Shown piece after piece: positions 29,095 through 38,891 of a stretch of DNA of 64,000 nucleotides (position 1 is the first letter of the stretch; the number at the start of each line of letters is the position of its first letter). Origin of the DNA: Candidatus Xenobia bacterium (GTDB lineage Bacteria; Vulcanimicrobiota; Xenobia; Xenobiales; QWHO01); NCBI GenBank assembly GCA_045863235.1, contig BTUM01000015.1:54254-118253 (forward strand). The letters run 5' to 3'. The notes under the pieces were generated by a model that was not told where the DNA came from, did not search any database, and worked only from the letters and a program-made list of their open reading frames with translations. A program made the translations under genes and the position numbers.

Positions 29095-30438
29095 ATGCAG
29101 GTGCAGGCTCAGACCGTCTTGAGGCTGCTCCTGGTCGAAGACAACGAACTGGACGCCGAGCTGGTGGTGGCCACCCTCGAGCGCTCCGGCTACGAAGTCC
29201 ATGCCCACCGGGTGGATACCCTGGAAGGCCTGCGCCTGGCATGGCATTCCGGCGGCTGGGACGCCATTTTGTTCGATCACAGCCTGCCCGGTTTCACCGG
29301 CCAGCAGGCTCTGGCACTGGTGCGCGAGAGCGGCGAAGATGTGCCCTTCCTGGTCTTGTCAGGCACCATCGGCGAGACCACCGCTGTCGAGTACATGCGG
29401 GCCGGGGCCCACGACTACCTGATGAAAGACAACCTGACCCGGCTGGGGCCGGCGCTCGAGCGCGAGCTGCAGGAGGCCCGCAACCGCCGCACCAGCCGCC
29501 TGGCCGAGCGCTCGCATCGCGAGGGACAGCTGCGTTACCAGCGCATCGTCGAGGCCGCCGCGGAAGGCATCTGGATCGTGGACCGGCGCGCCCGGGTGAC
29601 CTTTGCCAACCAGAGACTGGCCGAGATTCTCGGATGCCCCGTGGAGCAACTGATTCATCGCCCGCTGTTTCGATTCGTGGCAGCCGAGTCGCGCGAGCTG
29701 GCCCGGGGGATGTTCCGCGAGCCCGGACCGGCTCCCGAGCAGTTCGAGCTGGCGCTGGAGCGGCTTGATGGTGAGGTGGTCTGGGCTCTGGTCTCGGTCA
29801 GCGGCATCCTGGACGCCGAAGACCGCTGGACGGCTACCCTTGGCATGGTCACCGACATCACCGAGCGGCGCCGGCTCGAGCAACAACTGCTGACGGCCGA
29901 GCAGGAGAAGCGCTGGTTTTACCGCGAGGTGTTGCTGGCCGTGACCCAGGGCCGATTGCACCTGTGCGAGGCCAGCGAGATACCCATGGAGGGCGAGCTG
30001 CAGCTTTCCTTGACGCTGGTGGAGCCCGAAAATTACGCTTGTCTGCGCCGGGAGATGCGGACCCTGGGCGCAAAGGTGGGCATGCCTTCGGACAGCCTGG
30101 AGGAGCTGTTGCTGGCCGCTGGTGAGGCGGTTACCAACGCCATCAAGCACGGTGTGGAAGGATGTTGCGAGGTGCGCCTGGCCGGGCAGCGCATGGTGGC
30201 GCGCATTTTCGACGGTGGTCCGGGCATCCGCCCCGAAGACCTGCCCGCCAGCATCCTCAAGCCCGGCTTCTCCACCAAGGTCTCGCTGGGCATGGGCTTC
30301 TCGCTGATGTTGGAGCTGTGCGACGTGATCTGGCTGGCTTCCGGCCCCACCGGGACGGTGGTGCAGCTGGAGAAGAACCTGTCGGCCGAAGAGCAGGAGG
30401 AGATGATGCTGGAGGCTCTGCTGGAGCGATTCAGCTGA
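29095..30438 (+). CDS. Receiver-PAS-HATPase (RsbW/anti-sigma-kinase type) protein
   Basis: LLLVEDN..FDHSLPG..YLMK receiver; PAS; EAVTNAIKHG, DGGPGI, GMGF with no HisKA His box. Confidence 0.82.
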   Translation: MQVQAQTVLRLLLVEDNELDAELVVATLERSGYEVHAHRVDTLEGLRLAWHSGGWDAILFDHSLPGFTGQQALALVRESGEDVPFLVLSGTIGETTAVEYMRAGAHDYLMKDNLTRLGPALERELQEARNRRTSRLAERSHREGQLRYQRIVEAAAEGIWIVDRRARVTFANQRLAEILGCPVEQLIHRPLFRFVAAESRELARGMFREPGPAPEQFELALERLDGEVVWALVSVSGILDAEDRWTATLGMVTDITERRRLEQQLLTAEQEKRWFYREVLLAVTQGRLHLCEASEIPMEGELQLSLTLVEPENYACLRREMRTLGAKVGMPSDSLEELLLAAGEAVTNAIKHGVEGCCEVRLAGQRMVARIFDGGPGIRPEDLPASILKPGFSTKVSLGMGFSLMLELCDVIWLASGPTGTVVQLEKNLSAEEQEEMMLEALLERFS

Positions 30439-31117
30439 GCGAGCGCCGGCGAGGGACCAGGACGCCGCCGACCCGAACTGCCGAGGGGGTCTCCTGAATC
30501 GAGCCCCCCTGGGTGCTCTGGGCGAGTGAGGACACCTCCTGGGCATGCTCGGACATGGTGACCACCTGGGCCAGCACCTTGAGCGCTTGCTCGGCTCGCT
30601 GCTCGTGGTCGCTCAGGCTGTCGAGCTGCAGGCGGGACTCGGAGAGGTAGGAGCGGGTGGTTTCGTCCAGAGGCATCCGGGAGAGGGCTTCCAGTACTGT
30701 CGTTCCGGCCGTGGCCCCGTCGAAGGGGTAAGGGGGATAGCAGGCGTTCACCATCTCGATGCCCATGCGGGCAAAGGCACTGGGGCTGGCCGCAGCCGCT
30801 GACTCCAGGGCGATGGTGGCGAGATCGCGGCGCGAGGTGGGGAACATGGTCTTGGGAGCGGCCTGGGCCGCCACCTGAATGGCCGCCGGAGCCTCGCTCT
30901 GCCTGGCCAGGTACTCCAGCACCGCAAGTCCGGCCGCGCCCCCTTCCACATGCGAGACAGGCGAAGGGGGAATGGCTTCCAGCAGGCTCAGGCTGAACTC
31001 CACCAGGTCCTGGCTGGTGCTCTGGCGGGCCGCCTTCTTGATGGCCGCCTGCGACTCCGGCTCGACATTCGAGCGAACCAGCCGGGTGATCGCGCGGCGC
31101 TGAACGGGATCGATCAT
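30431..31117 (-). CDS. Orphan helical protein with FlgM-like N-terminus (QDLVEFS)
   Basis: ATG 6 nt after Box A-linked -10; C-terminal GGSIQETPSAVRVGGVLVPRR. Confidence 0.7.
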   Translation of the reverse strand: MIDPVQRRAITRLVRSNVEPESQAAIKKAARQSTSQDLVEFSLSLLEAIPPSPVSHVEGGAAGLAVLEYLARQSEAPAAIQVAAQAAPKTMFPTSRRDLATIALESAAAASPSAFARMGIEMVNACYPPYPFDGATAGTTVLEALSRMPLDETTRSYLSESRLQLDSLSDHEQRAEQALKVLAQVVTMSEHAQEVSSLAQSTQGGSIQETPSAVRVGGVLVPRRRSLS

Positions 31118-31156
31118 GCCTTGATTCTGGCAGCTACGGATGAAAGTTGCCTGAAA
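31118..31156 (-). promoter_or_regulatory. Box A: TTTCAG-N5-TTTCAT-N10-CAGAAT-N6-ATG
   Basis: Same spacing as 7349 and 19345; partly inside the 3' end of the upstream kinase gene. Confidence 0.6.
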
Positions 31157-32111
31157 TCGCGCAGTGGAAGGTGGCTCCCTGATCGGGACTGCCCTCGGCT
31201 TTGACGCTGCCACCATGGCGGCGCAGGATTCGCTGGACCGTGGCCAGCCCCACCCCGGTCCCAGGAAAGTCACGCTCGTGGTGCAGGCGTTGGAAGGGAG
31301 TGAACAGGCGATGGGCCTGGTCGGGAGAAAAGCCGGCCCCGTTGTCGCGTACGAAGAAACTCTCCCCGCTCCGACCGCCCAGCTCGATGCGAGGCTGCTC
31401 TCGGCGCGAGCTGAACTTGAGGGCGTTGTCGAGCAGGTGGCGCAGAGCCACCCGCAACAGGTCTCGGTCACCCTGGAGGGTGAGATCGCTTTGGATGCTC
31501 ACACTGGCCGGAGCGCAACCCAGCTCGTCCACGATCTCCCGGGCCAGCGCGGTCAGATCCACCCTCTGGATGCGAAGGGGGGCCCGAGAGACCCTCGAGA
31601 GCTCGAGCAGGCTGCTGACGAGTCGTTCGAGTCGCTCCAGGCCGAGGGTCACGTTGTCGAGATACTTGCGATTCTTCTCGCTCAGCTCCTGATCGCCGGT
31701 CAGCACGAGCTGCAGGAAGCCCTCGGCCGCCCGCAGGGGGGCGCGCAGGTCGTGGGAGACCGAGTAGACGATGGACTCCAGCTCGGATTCGAGCTGCTTG
31801 ACCTCGCGGGCCCTGCGGGCGAGCTCCAAGAGCAGCCCCACCCTGGTTCTCAGGATAGAAGGGTCGGCAGGCCAGGGCAAAGAGTCCGCCGCTGCGAGCT
31901 CAAAGCTTTCGGCCTGCGAGGTCAGCACCAGGATGGGTGTCAGCCCGCCCCTGCGCAGCGCAAGCGCCCGCTCGAGCATGGACGCCGGCAGCACGATGAG
32001 GTCGAATTCTCCCTCCGTTTGCGTTTCCGGGGCCAGGTCGGCGGCCACCACCTCCAGGTCGGGCAACAGTTCTCCCAGCTCGAGGTTGCCCAGGACCAGC
32101 ACACGGCTCAT
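31134..32111 (-). CDS. Cytoplasmic histidine kinase with degenerate N-terminal receiver
   Basis: YSVSHDLRAPLR H-box, NALKFS, DNGAGF, LFTPFQRLH, GTGVGLA. Confidence 0.9.
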   Translation of the reverse strand: MSRVLVLGNLELGELLPDLEVVAADLAPETQTEGEFDLIVLPASMLERALALRRGGLTPILVLTSQAESFELAAADSLPWPADPSILRTRVGLLLELARRAREVKQLESELESIVYSVSHDLRAPLRAAEGFLQLVLTGDQELSEKNRKYLDNVTLGLERLERLVSSLLELSRVSRAPLRIQRVDLTALAREIVDELGCAPASVSIQSDLTLQGDRDLLRVALRHLLDNALKFSSRREQPRIELGGRSGESFFVRDNGAGFSPDQAHRLFTPFQRLHHERDFPGTGVGLATVQRILRRHGGSVKAEGSPDQGATFHCAISGNFHP

Positions 32112-33169
32112 TCGGAGTAGGCGTTGTAGGCCAGCTCGGCGATCTGGGCGATGAGGGTGGAGGCCCGGTCCGAGCTGCCCCGGGCCACGTCCTTCACCAG
32201 CACCACCACCACCAGCCCGGTGCCGTCCTCCAGGCGGATGATCCCGGCGTCGTTGACCACCCCGGCGATGGTGCCGGTCTTATGGTAGACGGTCGTGCCT
32301 CGGGGCAATAGCCGGGGGATGCGGGTTTTGTACTTGCACTGGGCCAGGATGCCCAGCGCATACTCGGTCCAGCGCTTGTCCAGCAGCTCGTTCTTATACA
32401 GTCGCCCCAGAAGGTCGGCCAGGTCATCGGGCGAGGCAAGGTTGTCTACTACCGTGGCCACGGCCACGTCGTCGGCGTAAGCGGCCTGGGCGGCGGAAGC
32501 GTTCTCGGCCGCCTGGAAGCGGCTCAGTGTCAGGCCCTGGTTCTCCTTGAGAATGCGCCCCACGGCCGCCAGACGCTGGGCGTGGTCGAGCTTGCGCCAG
32601 CGGGCGGCGATCTCGCGACCGCTCATCCCGCGCCACTCCTGACCCATACCCAGGGCAATCAGGTAGGCGGCCCGATTGGTCATGAACACGTCCGAGTTCT
32701 TGTAGCCCAGCTCGGTCAGCATCTTGTTCACGCTGTCCGTGCCGATGCGGTTGAAGAGCACGTCGGTGGCGGTGTTGTCCGAGATGCTCTCCATCAGCTC
32801 CACGCAGCGCTGGATCTTGACCTTGCTGCCGGCCGGCTGGTGCTGCAGCGTGCCCGAGCCGATGCACCGATCGGTCTCTTTCAAGGTGACCACCTGCTCA
32901 AGACTGAGGCCTGCTCGTCCCGCCTGAAGCTGGCGGGCCAGCTCGAGCAGCACGTGCACCTTGAAGACGCTGGCCAGGGGATAGGGCCGCGACCCGTCTA
33001 CCGAGACCTTTTCGCCCGTAGCCAGGTGCACGATGGCCACCCCGGCCTTCATGCGCTGCCCCTCCTGGCTGATCAGGTAGCGCACGTCGTTGGAGAGCTT
33101 CTTCTCGCGCGGGGTCTGGGCCAGACACGGTTGCAACAAGACAAGCAGGATCACAAGCAAACGTTTCAC
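32108..33169 (-). CDS. Class A beta-lactamase-like serine hydrolase (secreted)
   Basis: Signal peptide; SVFK, SDN, HKTG; long insert where the omega loop is expected. Confidence 0.85.
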   Translation of the reverse strand: MKRLLVILLVLLQPCLAQTPREKKLSNDVRYLISQEGQRMKAGVAIVHLATGEKVSVDGSRPYPLASVFKVHVLLELARQLQAGRAGLSLEQVVTLKETDRCIGSGTLQHQPAGSKVKIQRCVELMESISDNTATDVLFNRIGTDSVNKMLTELGYKNSDVFMTNRAAYLIALGMGQEWRGMSGREIAARWRKLDHAQRLAAVGRILKENQGLTLSRFQAAENASAAQAAYADDVAVATVVDNLASPDDLADLLGRLYKNELLDKRWTEYALGILAQCKYKTRIPRLLPRGTTVYHKTGTIAGVVNDAGIIRLEDGTGLVVVVLVKDVARGSSDRASTLIAQIAELAYNAYSE

Positions 33170-33921
33170 GGGCCGCCCTCTTCTGGAGGCTCGCTCGAGA
33201 ACCTCCATTCGGCCCGGGGCTGCTGTTTCTTGAGCCGGGCCTGGAGCTCGGGGGGAATCGGATTGCCTTCCAGGTGGACGAGCAGAAGTCGGTGGTTGGA
33301 GGCGGGCTCGAAGCCCAGCTCGCTGATGCGGTTGTTCTTGGCGATCAGAGTCTGAAGACGATCCAGCTCGCAGAAGCCGGCCGGAAGGCTTTGCAGTCGA
33401 TTGTTGCTGACATTCAGCTCTTCCAGCCGGGTCAGCCTGGCAAGCTCATCGGAGGCATCGAGCTTGTTGTCCGCCAGGTGCAGCAGCCGCAGGCTGGTCG
33501 GCAGCGCGGGAAGGCTCTGAAGCTGGTTCTGGCTCAGATAGAGCTCCTCCAGGCCGTGGGGAAGGTGATCGACGGAGCTGAGCTGGTTGTCCGAGAGATA
33601 GAGCTTGCGCAGTTTCGGCATTCGGGCCAGAACGGGGGGGATGGCGGTGAGCCGATTGGAGCGCAGGTCGAGCAGCTCGAGCTCGGTCAGCTCGGCCAGG
33701 AAGTCGGGCAGGGTGGTCAGCTCGTTCTCGCTCAGGTCCAGGCCCTTGAGAGCCTTCAGCTGTCCGACCTCAGGGGGGACCTGTTTCAGCTTGCTCTGGC
33801 TGAGCACCAGGCCGATGGCGTTGGAAGGCTCTCGCAGCGCGTCCTGAAGGCTGTGCATGGTGCGGGGGGCGTCGGAAGGCACGCCGCTGCAGCCGGACAG
33901 TTGGAGGGCGACCAGGAGCAA
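33166..33921 (-). CDS. Leucine-rich-repeat lipoprotein; start uncertain
   Basis: LSGC lipobox; about 8 LxxLxLxxNxL repeats ending LEGNPI. Confidence 0.82.
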   Translation of the reverse strand: MLLVALQLSGCSGVPSDAPRTMHSLQDALREPSNAIGLVLSQSKLKQVPPEVGQLKALKGLDLSENELTTLPDFLAELTELELLDLRSNRLTAIPPVLARMPKLRKLYLSDNQLSSVDHLPHGLEELYLSQNQLQSLPALPTSLRLLHLADNKLDASDELARLTRLEELNVSNNRLQSLPAGFCELDRLQTLIAKNNRISELGFEPASNHRLLLVHLEGNPIPPELQARLKKQQPRAEWRFSSEPPEEGGP

Positions 33922-34142
33922 GATCCCAGCGAGGACAGAGGTGGTCGCGGCCCAAGAATTCCAGCGGCATAAGGTTTTCCAGTGCTGACAGGAGGGACTG
34001 AAAACTCGTTTCGACCATTGGAGCCACAGACGACTTTTGTTAACCAGATCACGGTAGGGAACGGCCACGCATGGTATAATATGAGGTGGCCGGGTTGGAA
34101 CCTCTTCCCTCCCGGTCAGACTGAAACCGGAGGACGACCGCG

Positions 34143-34277
34143 ATGAGACTCGAGGCGATTTTCGTCGAGCTCGACTCCCTCGAGCTGCCCAACCAGGCAC
34201 TCGAGGCCGCTCCTGCGGATCCGGGCCCGTGGGGACCAGCCGTCGAAGATGTCTGGTATGGACCCTATCCGGCTTGA
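34143..34277 (+). CDS. Putative 44-aa small protein (below the ORF-track cutoff)
   Basis: Extended -10 TGGTATAAT at 34072-34080, GGAGGA RBS, ATG. Confidence 0.55.
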   Translation: MRLEAIFVELDSLELPNQALEAAPADPGPWGPAVEDVWYGPYPA

Positions 34278-34322
34278 ACCGCAGGCCGACTGCACGATGA
34301 GACAAACCACCATGCGGGCGCC

Positions 34323-35150
34323 TTACGGGGCGCCCGCTGCTCGTACCGAGAAGGGCTTGCGAAAGAGCTCGAGCGGATCTCCCTTCATCGTATGGGGCAT
34401 CGAGATGCGCACCTCGTAGTCTCCTGGTTGCTCGGGGGCCACCATCACCAGCTCGACGATATCTCCACTTCGCGCTGGCAGCGGCGTGAAGCCGGCCAGT
34501 CTGTCCAGAGCTGGCTCCAGGGGCTGGCCTTCTCGAAAGAGCTGGACCTTGATCCAACCCAACCGGCGCGTTTCGAAAGTGGCGTTGTAGAGCTCCAGTC
34601 GCAAGGGCACAACCTGGCCCGCGGGAAAGGGTCCAGGAGAGAGTTTCAAAGCTACGCGGAAAGGCGGCTGGGACGGGGCGGCAGCCCGCGGGAGGGCCAG
34701 GATCTCGTAGGCTTGCAGTCCCTCGAAGGTCGGACCGGCCCTCAACCAGCGCTTACAAGACTTCAGCCCGTCTTGCATCTCGGGGCTCTGGTCCGTGGGA
34801 AGGATGAGCCAGCGGCAGCTCGGCCCGAGCAACTCCACCCGCCCCGTGGCCCAGAATGCTTTGAGCTGGTCGGGATGCAGGCGGGGAGACGGCAGCACGT
34901 CATTCTCGGGCTGACTCAGGCAGGTCTCCCCGGGTATTATCTGGCGCAGGACCCATTCCAGAGCCCGAGCCTGGGGCTGGGGAAGCCTGGCCAGCCGCTG
35001 TTCGACCTCCGAGGGGGCCACCGCCAGGTAGCCTGCCCAGGCAAGCGCGCCCAGGGCCAGCAGAAAAGCCATCCAGCGGGCCCCGCCGCGAAGGAGCAGC
35101 AGGGCCGCCAGAATCATCGCGGCAGCCGGCCAGATCATCTCTGCAGACAT
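34323..35150 (-). CDS. Hypothetical membrane-anchored protein with Ig-like C-terminus
   Basis: Two N-terminal TMs; APEQPGDYEVRI beta-sandwich motif. Confidence 0.65.
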   Translation of the reverse strand: MSAEMIWPAAAMILAALLLLRGGARWMAFLLALGALAWAGYLAVAPSEVEQRLARLPQPQARALEWVLRQIIPGETCLSQPENDVLPSPRLHPDQLKAFWATGRVELLGPSCRWLILPTDQSPEMQDGLKSCKRWLRAGPTFEGLQAYEILALPRAAAPSQPPFRVALKLSPGPFPAGQVVPLRLELYNATFETRRLGWIKVQLFREGQPLEPALDRLAGFTPLPARSGDIVELVMVAPEQPGDYEVRISMPHTMKGDPLELFRKPFSVRAAGAP

Positions 35151-35250
35151 TGATGAAGATCATTCGAGGAGTGTCCTGCCTGGGCGCGAACAATGAGGAA
35201 AGGCCAGTGGGCCTTTTGAACCTTGTCGGAGTGCGTCGCGTAGCAATTCC

Positions 35251-36324
35251 ATGTCGGTTGCGGATGATCCTCAGGCACTGGAAGAGGCAGTCGAGGAGGT
35301 CGTCCATCCGACCGCCCGCCGCGGCCGCCGTCGTGCCCTTCTTAACTTGCTCAGGGCCTGCGTGGGCGTGGGCCTGGCCCTCTACCTCATCAGCGTGGTC
35401 ATCTCCAGGCAGAAGGTGGATGTCTGGGCTCAGACCGCCGGCAGCATCAAGTGGTTGCTTCTCGTGGCCCTCTCCATCCAGCTCGTCTCCATTCTGATCA
35501 CCACAGTACGCTGGCAATGGCTGCTCAAGGTCCAGCAGATCGAGGTCTCGCTGCACGACCTTCTGTCGCTCACCATGGTGGGGATGTTCTTTTCCAGCGT
35601 GTTGCCCGGCGCGGTGGGGGGCGACGTGCTCAAGATGGTCTACATCGCCCGCCATGCCCCCACGCGCCGCACCGAGGCCGTGCTCACCATCATGGTCGAT
35701 CGGGTCATCGGCTTGCTGGGCCTGCTGCTGGTGGCTCTGGTCTCGGTGATCTTCTCGCTGGACTTCATCCTGGGCGCCAACCGCCAGGTGCAACTGGCCA
35801 CGATTACCGTGGGAATGGGCAGCGCCGCCGGCATCGCGGGAGTGCTGGCGGTCATGTTCCGTCGCCATCTCACCGGGCTGCCGCTGGTGTCGGGATTGAT
35901 CGCTCTCGGCCGCCAGCGCTTGCCGGCCGGGGTGGTGCACATTCTCGACCGCCTGGTGCGGGCCCTCGACCTCTACCGAGGAGCCCCTCGAGTCATCGGG
36001 GCCGCTCTGGCCATCTCGGCCTTCACCCACGTGTTGGCAGCCCTGACGGTCTTTCTGATCGGGCGGGCCTACCATGAGACCCACCTGGGGCTCTGGAGCT
36101 ATTTCCTGGCCGCCCAGATCGCCAACACCGTGGCCGCGATCCCGATCACGCCGGCAGGGTTCGGGGGCCGCGACCTGGTGCTGTCGACCTTCTTCCTGGC
36201 AGGCGGTGCGGCCCCGGCCGAGGCGGGCATCATCCCCGTGTTCAACACCTTCATCATCCTGTTCTGGAGCCTGATCGGCGGAGTGTTCTTCATCTTCATG
36301 CGCCACCCTCGCAAGGGCCCGTAG
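35251..36324 (+). CDS. Lysylphosphatidylglycerol synthase TM domain (UPF0104 flippase-like) protein
   Basis: RWQWLL, FSSVLPGAVGGDV, DRVIGL, IPITPAGFG. Confidence 0.88.
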   Translation: MSVADDPQALEEAVEEVVHPTARRGRRRALLNLLRACVGVGLALYLISVVISRQKVDVWAQTAGSIKWLLLVALSIQLVSILITTVRWQWLLKVQQIEVSLHDLLSLTMVGMFFSSVLPGAVGGDVLKMVYIARHAPTRRTEAVLTIMVDRVIGLLGLLLVALVSVIFSLDFILGANRQVQLATITVGMGSAAGIAGVLAVMFRRHLTGLPLVSGLIALGRQRLPAGVVHILDRLVRALDLYRGAPRVIGAALAISAFTHVLAALTVFLIGRAYHETHLGLWSYFLAAQIANTVAAIPITPAGFGGRDLVLSTFFLAGGAAPAEAGIIPVFNTFIILFWSLIGGVFFIFMRHPRKGP

Positions 36325-36473
36325 TCACGGACAATCCAGCAAGCCGCAAATGGGCGGGCTGTGCTGTGTCCGGCCATCTCTTGAACTCTCCGCGGTCTCG
36401 GCGCACTGACCTGACCAGACGTGGGCGACCCAGAGCGGTCCTCTGGTCGCCCGGAGCGCGATGCGGTCAGACA

Positions 36474-36509
36474 GAGAAAGGCCGGCCCCGCAAGGGACCG
36501 GCCTTTCTC
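36474..36509 (-). terminator. Intrinsic terminator hairpin between convergent genes
   Basis: GAGAAAGGCCGG..CCGGCCTTTCTC 12-bp inverted repeat. Confidence 0.7.
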
Positions 36510-36528
36510 ACTGGACCTGGAGGTCAGC

Positions 36529-38685
36529 TTACTTGGAGATGAGTGAGCTGAAGTCCCAGATCTGCTCGATGCCACCGGGCACCGCAGCCAGTCCGCGCTG
36601 AATCACCGGGAAGGTGTTCGGCACCAGGAACTGGGTGGCGACAAAGGCGCCGGCCTGCAACTGCCCGTGCAGGGTCAGCTGGCCGCCCGGTCCGCCCTGG
36701 GCGGGGTCGAGCAGGTAGCCGTGGGAGCCACCCTGCTCCTGGAACACACCTGAGCCATTGAAGACCAGGGTGTTGCCGATGGGGGCGGGGAAGGCGAACG
36801 GCGTGGACGCGGTCACCTGGTTGAGGGTGATGGCTGGCAGACCCGGAGGGGTTACCGAGATCACCTGCTTGGCGTTGACCTGATTCAGGCCCATGGCGAT
36901 GGTCAGGTCGGTGGTGGCCGAGTTAGGAACCACCTGGTCGTTGAGCATCTCCTGTACCAGGATCGCGGTGGGCACATTGCCCTTGAGCGAGCCGGCCAGC
37001 ATGCGGGGAGCGTAGTTGTAGGGGTCGGCGTCGTCGAGCACGGTCTGGGCAATCCAGAAGAACTGCCGGAAGGAGATCGTGCCCGGCTCCAGGCCGTTGG
37101 CCGCCAGGCCCGGCAGCAGCTGGGCGCTGATGGTGGGAGAGTTGAGCAGCAGGTTGGTCAGGCGACCGCCGGCCACGTTCAGCACGCCGGTGGTGATGTC
37201 TTCCTCGAGGGCGAGGAAGATGCCGCCCAGAATGCCGCCCAGCGACTGGCCGATGTAGACCGGGCGTGCCGGCGGATTGGGTGCCAGGTCGGGGATGCCG
37301 TTGCCGTTGAAATCGGTTGCCCCCCGCGCGATCATGTGAGCCAGGGTCATCTGGTCGGCAACGGTCTGGCGCATATGGTCGCGGGTCAGGCGCAGGTTGG
37401 CCGGATTGATGAAGCCCGTGCCGCTCTGGCCGGCCGGCGGAGGCAGCGGGTTGAGGCCCGCCTGGGTCTGGCTGCCGTGGCCGACGGCGTCGATGCCGAT
37501 GACCGCAAAGCCCTGGGAACAGGCCAGGAAAGCAAGAGCCAGCATGTCTTCCTTGGAGCGGGTGAGGCCGTGCTGGAAGACGATCGTCGGGCGCGGGCCA
37601 GGCCCGGCCGGCGGGGAGGCCGGCTGGCAGACCATGAACTGGAGGTTCAGGGTGCCCTGCGGGGTCGGGTTGTCAGGCGTTCCCTGGAAGAAGGTCTCGT
37701 TGGCGGTGTTGACGTTCCCGATGTACTGGGTGGCCGGGAACACGCCGAAGCGGATGGCGCCCACCACGTTAGGGAACTGGGGCTGCGAGGCCAGGATCCG
37801 CTGGCCGGTAGGCCCCAGGCTGTTCAGGAAGGCGGTGACGGCAGCCGGTCCCACGAACTGGGCTTGCGGGATCATCGTGGGGGTCGGGGTTTCAGCCTCG
37901 ACCCTCTGATGGATGACCGTCAGGGTCTGGAACAGCTGCTGAGTGGTGAAGGCGAAGGCAAACGGAATGTCCTCGCGAGGCTGACCCGTGGCCGCCTCGG
38001 CCCCCTGCCAGATGGGCTGGTAGGCGGCCCGGACCGGCTCGAGAGCACCGGCTTGCTGGTCGTTCAGGAAGGGAAAAACGGAAGTGCCATTTCCATCGAC
38101 CAGCGGAGTGGTCGACTTCAAGGCCGTTTCGGCGTAGCTCGAGGCGACTGCGTTGCCATTGCTGTCGAGCACCCCGGCGGTGATGACCACGATGTGCGGC
38201 GCACCCGGGGTAAGCGGTCGGACCGGCTGGGCGATGACCAGTGACTGGTCGCCCACGTCGCCTGTGCCCACCTCGAAGGTCATCGGTTGCAGCTGGCGGG
38301 TGGCGCCGTTGATGACCAGAATCGTCCGGTTGCTCACCGTGGTGGCATCGATGTTTGCTGTAAACGGGATGAAGATCGGGCCAGCCGTGGAGAAACCCGA
38401 GATCGAGTTCATCGAATCGAAGGGCTCACCGGTTCCGGGTAGAGCATTCTGCCCGGTCTGGGGGTTTCGAATCAGGTCGTTGGGAAGAGGAATTCTGAGC
38501 TGGAGCGTGGTGGAGGATGGGTCGAAAGTCACGTTCGTCGTGGTCGTCGGTGTCACCACCGGCGGCCCGTTGAATCCAGCGGGAAGGTCCTTAGTGGTCG
38601 TATCCCCGCCGCAGCCGGACCCCACGAAAAGTGTGGTCGCGAGCATGACACCCATCGGGACCTTGAAGAATTTTCTGAAGTTCAT
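36529..38685 (-). CDS. Lipoprotein: Ig-like domain plus alpha/beta hydrolase (Pla-1/VolA-like lipase)
   Basis: GSGC lipobox; PLPNDL, GFST, FQHGLT, GQSLG nucleophile, DQVVPN, GSHG. Confidence 0.82.
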   Translation of the reverse strand: MNFRKFFKVPMGVMLATTLFVGSGCGGDTTTKDLPAGFNGPPVVTPTTTTNVTFDPSSTTLQLRIPLPNDLIRNPQTGQNALPGTGEPFDSMNSISGFSTAGPIFIPFTANIDATTVSNRTILVINGATRQLQPMTFEVGTGDVGDQSLVIAQPVRPLTPGAPHIVVITAGVLDSNGNAVASSYAETALKSTTPLVDGNGTSVFPFLNDQQAGALEPVRAAYQPIWQGAEAATGQPREDIPFAFAFTTQQLFQTLTVIHQRVEAETPTPTMIPQAQFVGPAAVTAFLNSLGPTGQRILASQPQFPNVVGAIRFGVFPATQYIGNVNTANETFFQGTPDNPTPQGTLNLQFMVCQPASPPAGPGPRPTIVFQHGLTRSKEDMLALAFLACSQGFAVIGIDAVGHGSQTQAGLNPLPPPAGQSGTGFINPANLRLTRDHMRQTVADQMTLAHMIARGATDFNGNGIPDLAPNPPARPVYIGQSLGGILGGIFLALEEDITTGVLNVAGGRLTNLLLNSPTISAQLLPGLAANGLEPGTISFRQFFWIAQTVLDDADPYNYAPRMLAGSLKGNVPTAILVQEMLNDQVVPNSATTDLTIAMGLNQVNAKQVISVTPPGLPAITLNQVTASTPFAFPAPIGNTLVFNGSGVFQEQGGSHGYLLDPAQGGPGGQLTLHGQLQAGAFVATQFLVPNTFPVIQRGLAAVPGGIEQIWDFSSLISK

Positions 38686-38891
38686 AGCAACTCCCGACTT
38701 GGTTTGGCGCTTCTTCCCCCGCCACGCTCTGAGACTCAACTCCGCACGGGAGCTAAGCCGGACCGAGATCGGGGAGGTTGAATTGCCGGCCTTTCGCCGG
38801 GGGGGTCAGAACCTCCTCCAAGGACTTTCAATGAAGAATGAAACCCTTTACCGATAAGGATTTCATTGAGAGGATGACTCTGGAATAAGTT

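Noticed and set aside
32108..33169. Antibiotic-resistance beta-lactamase call
   Set aside because: SxxK/SDN/KTG are present, but the omega-loop Glu region is replaced by a long insert; lactamase activity cannot be asserted
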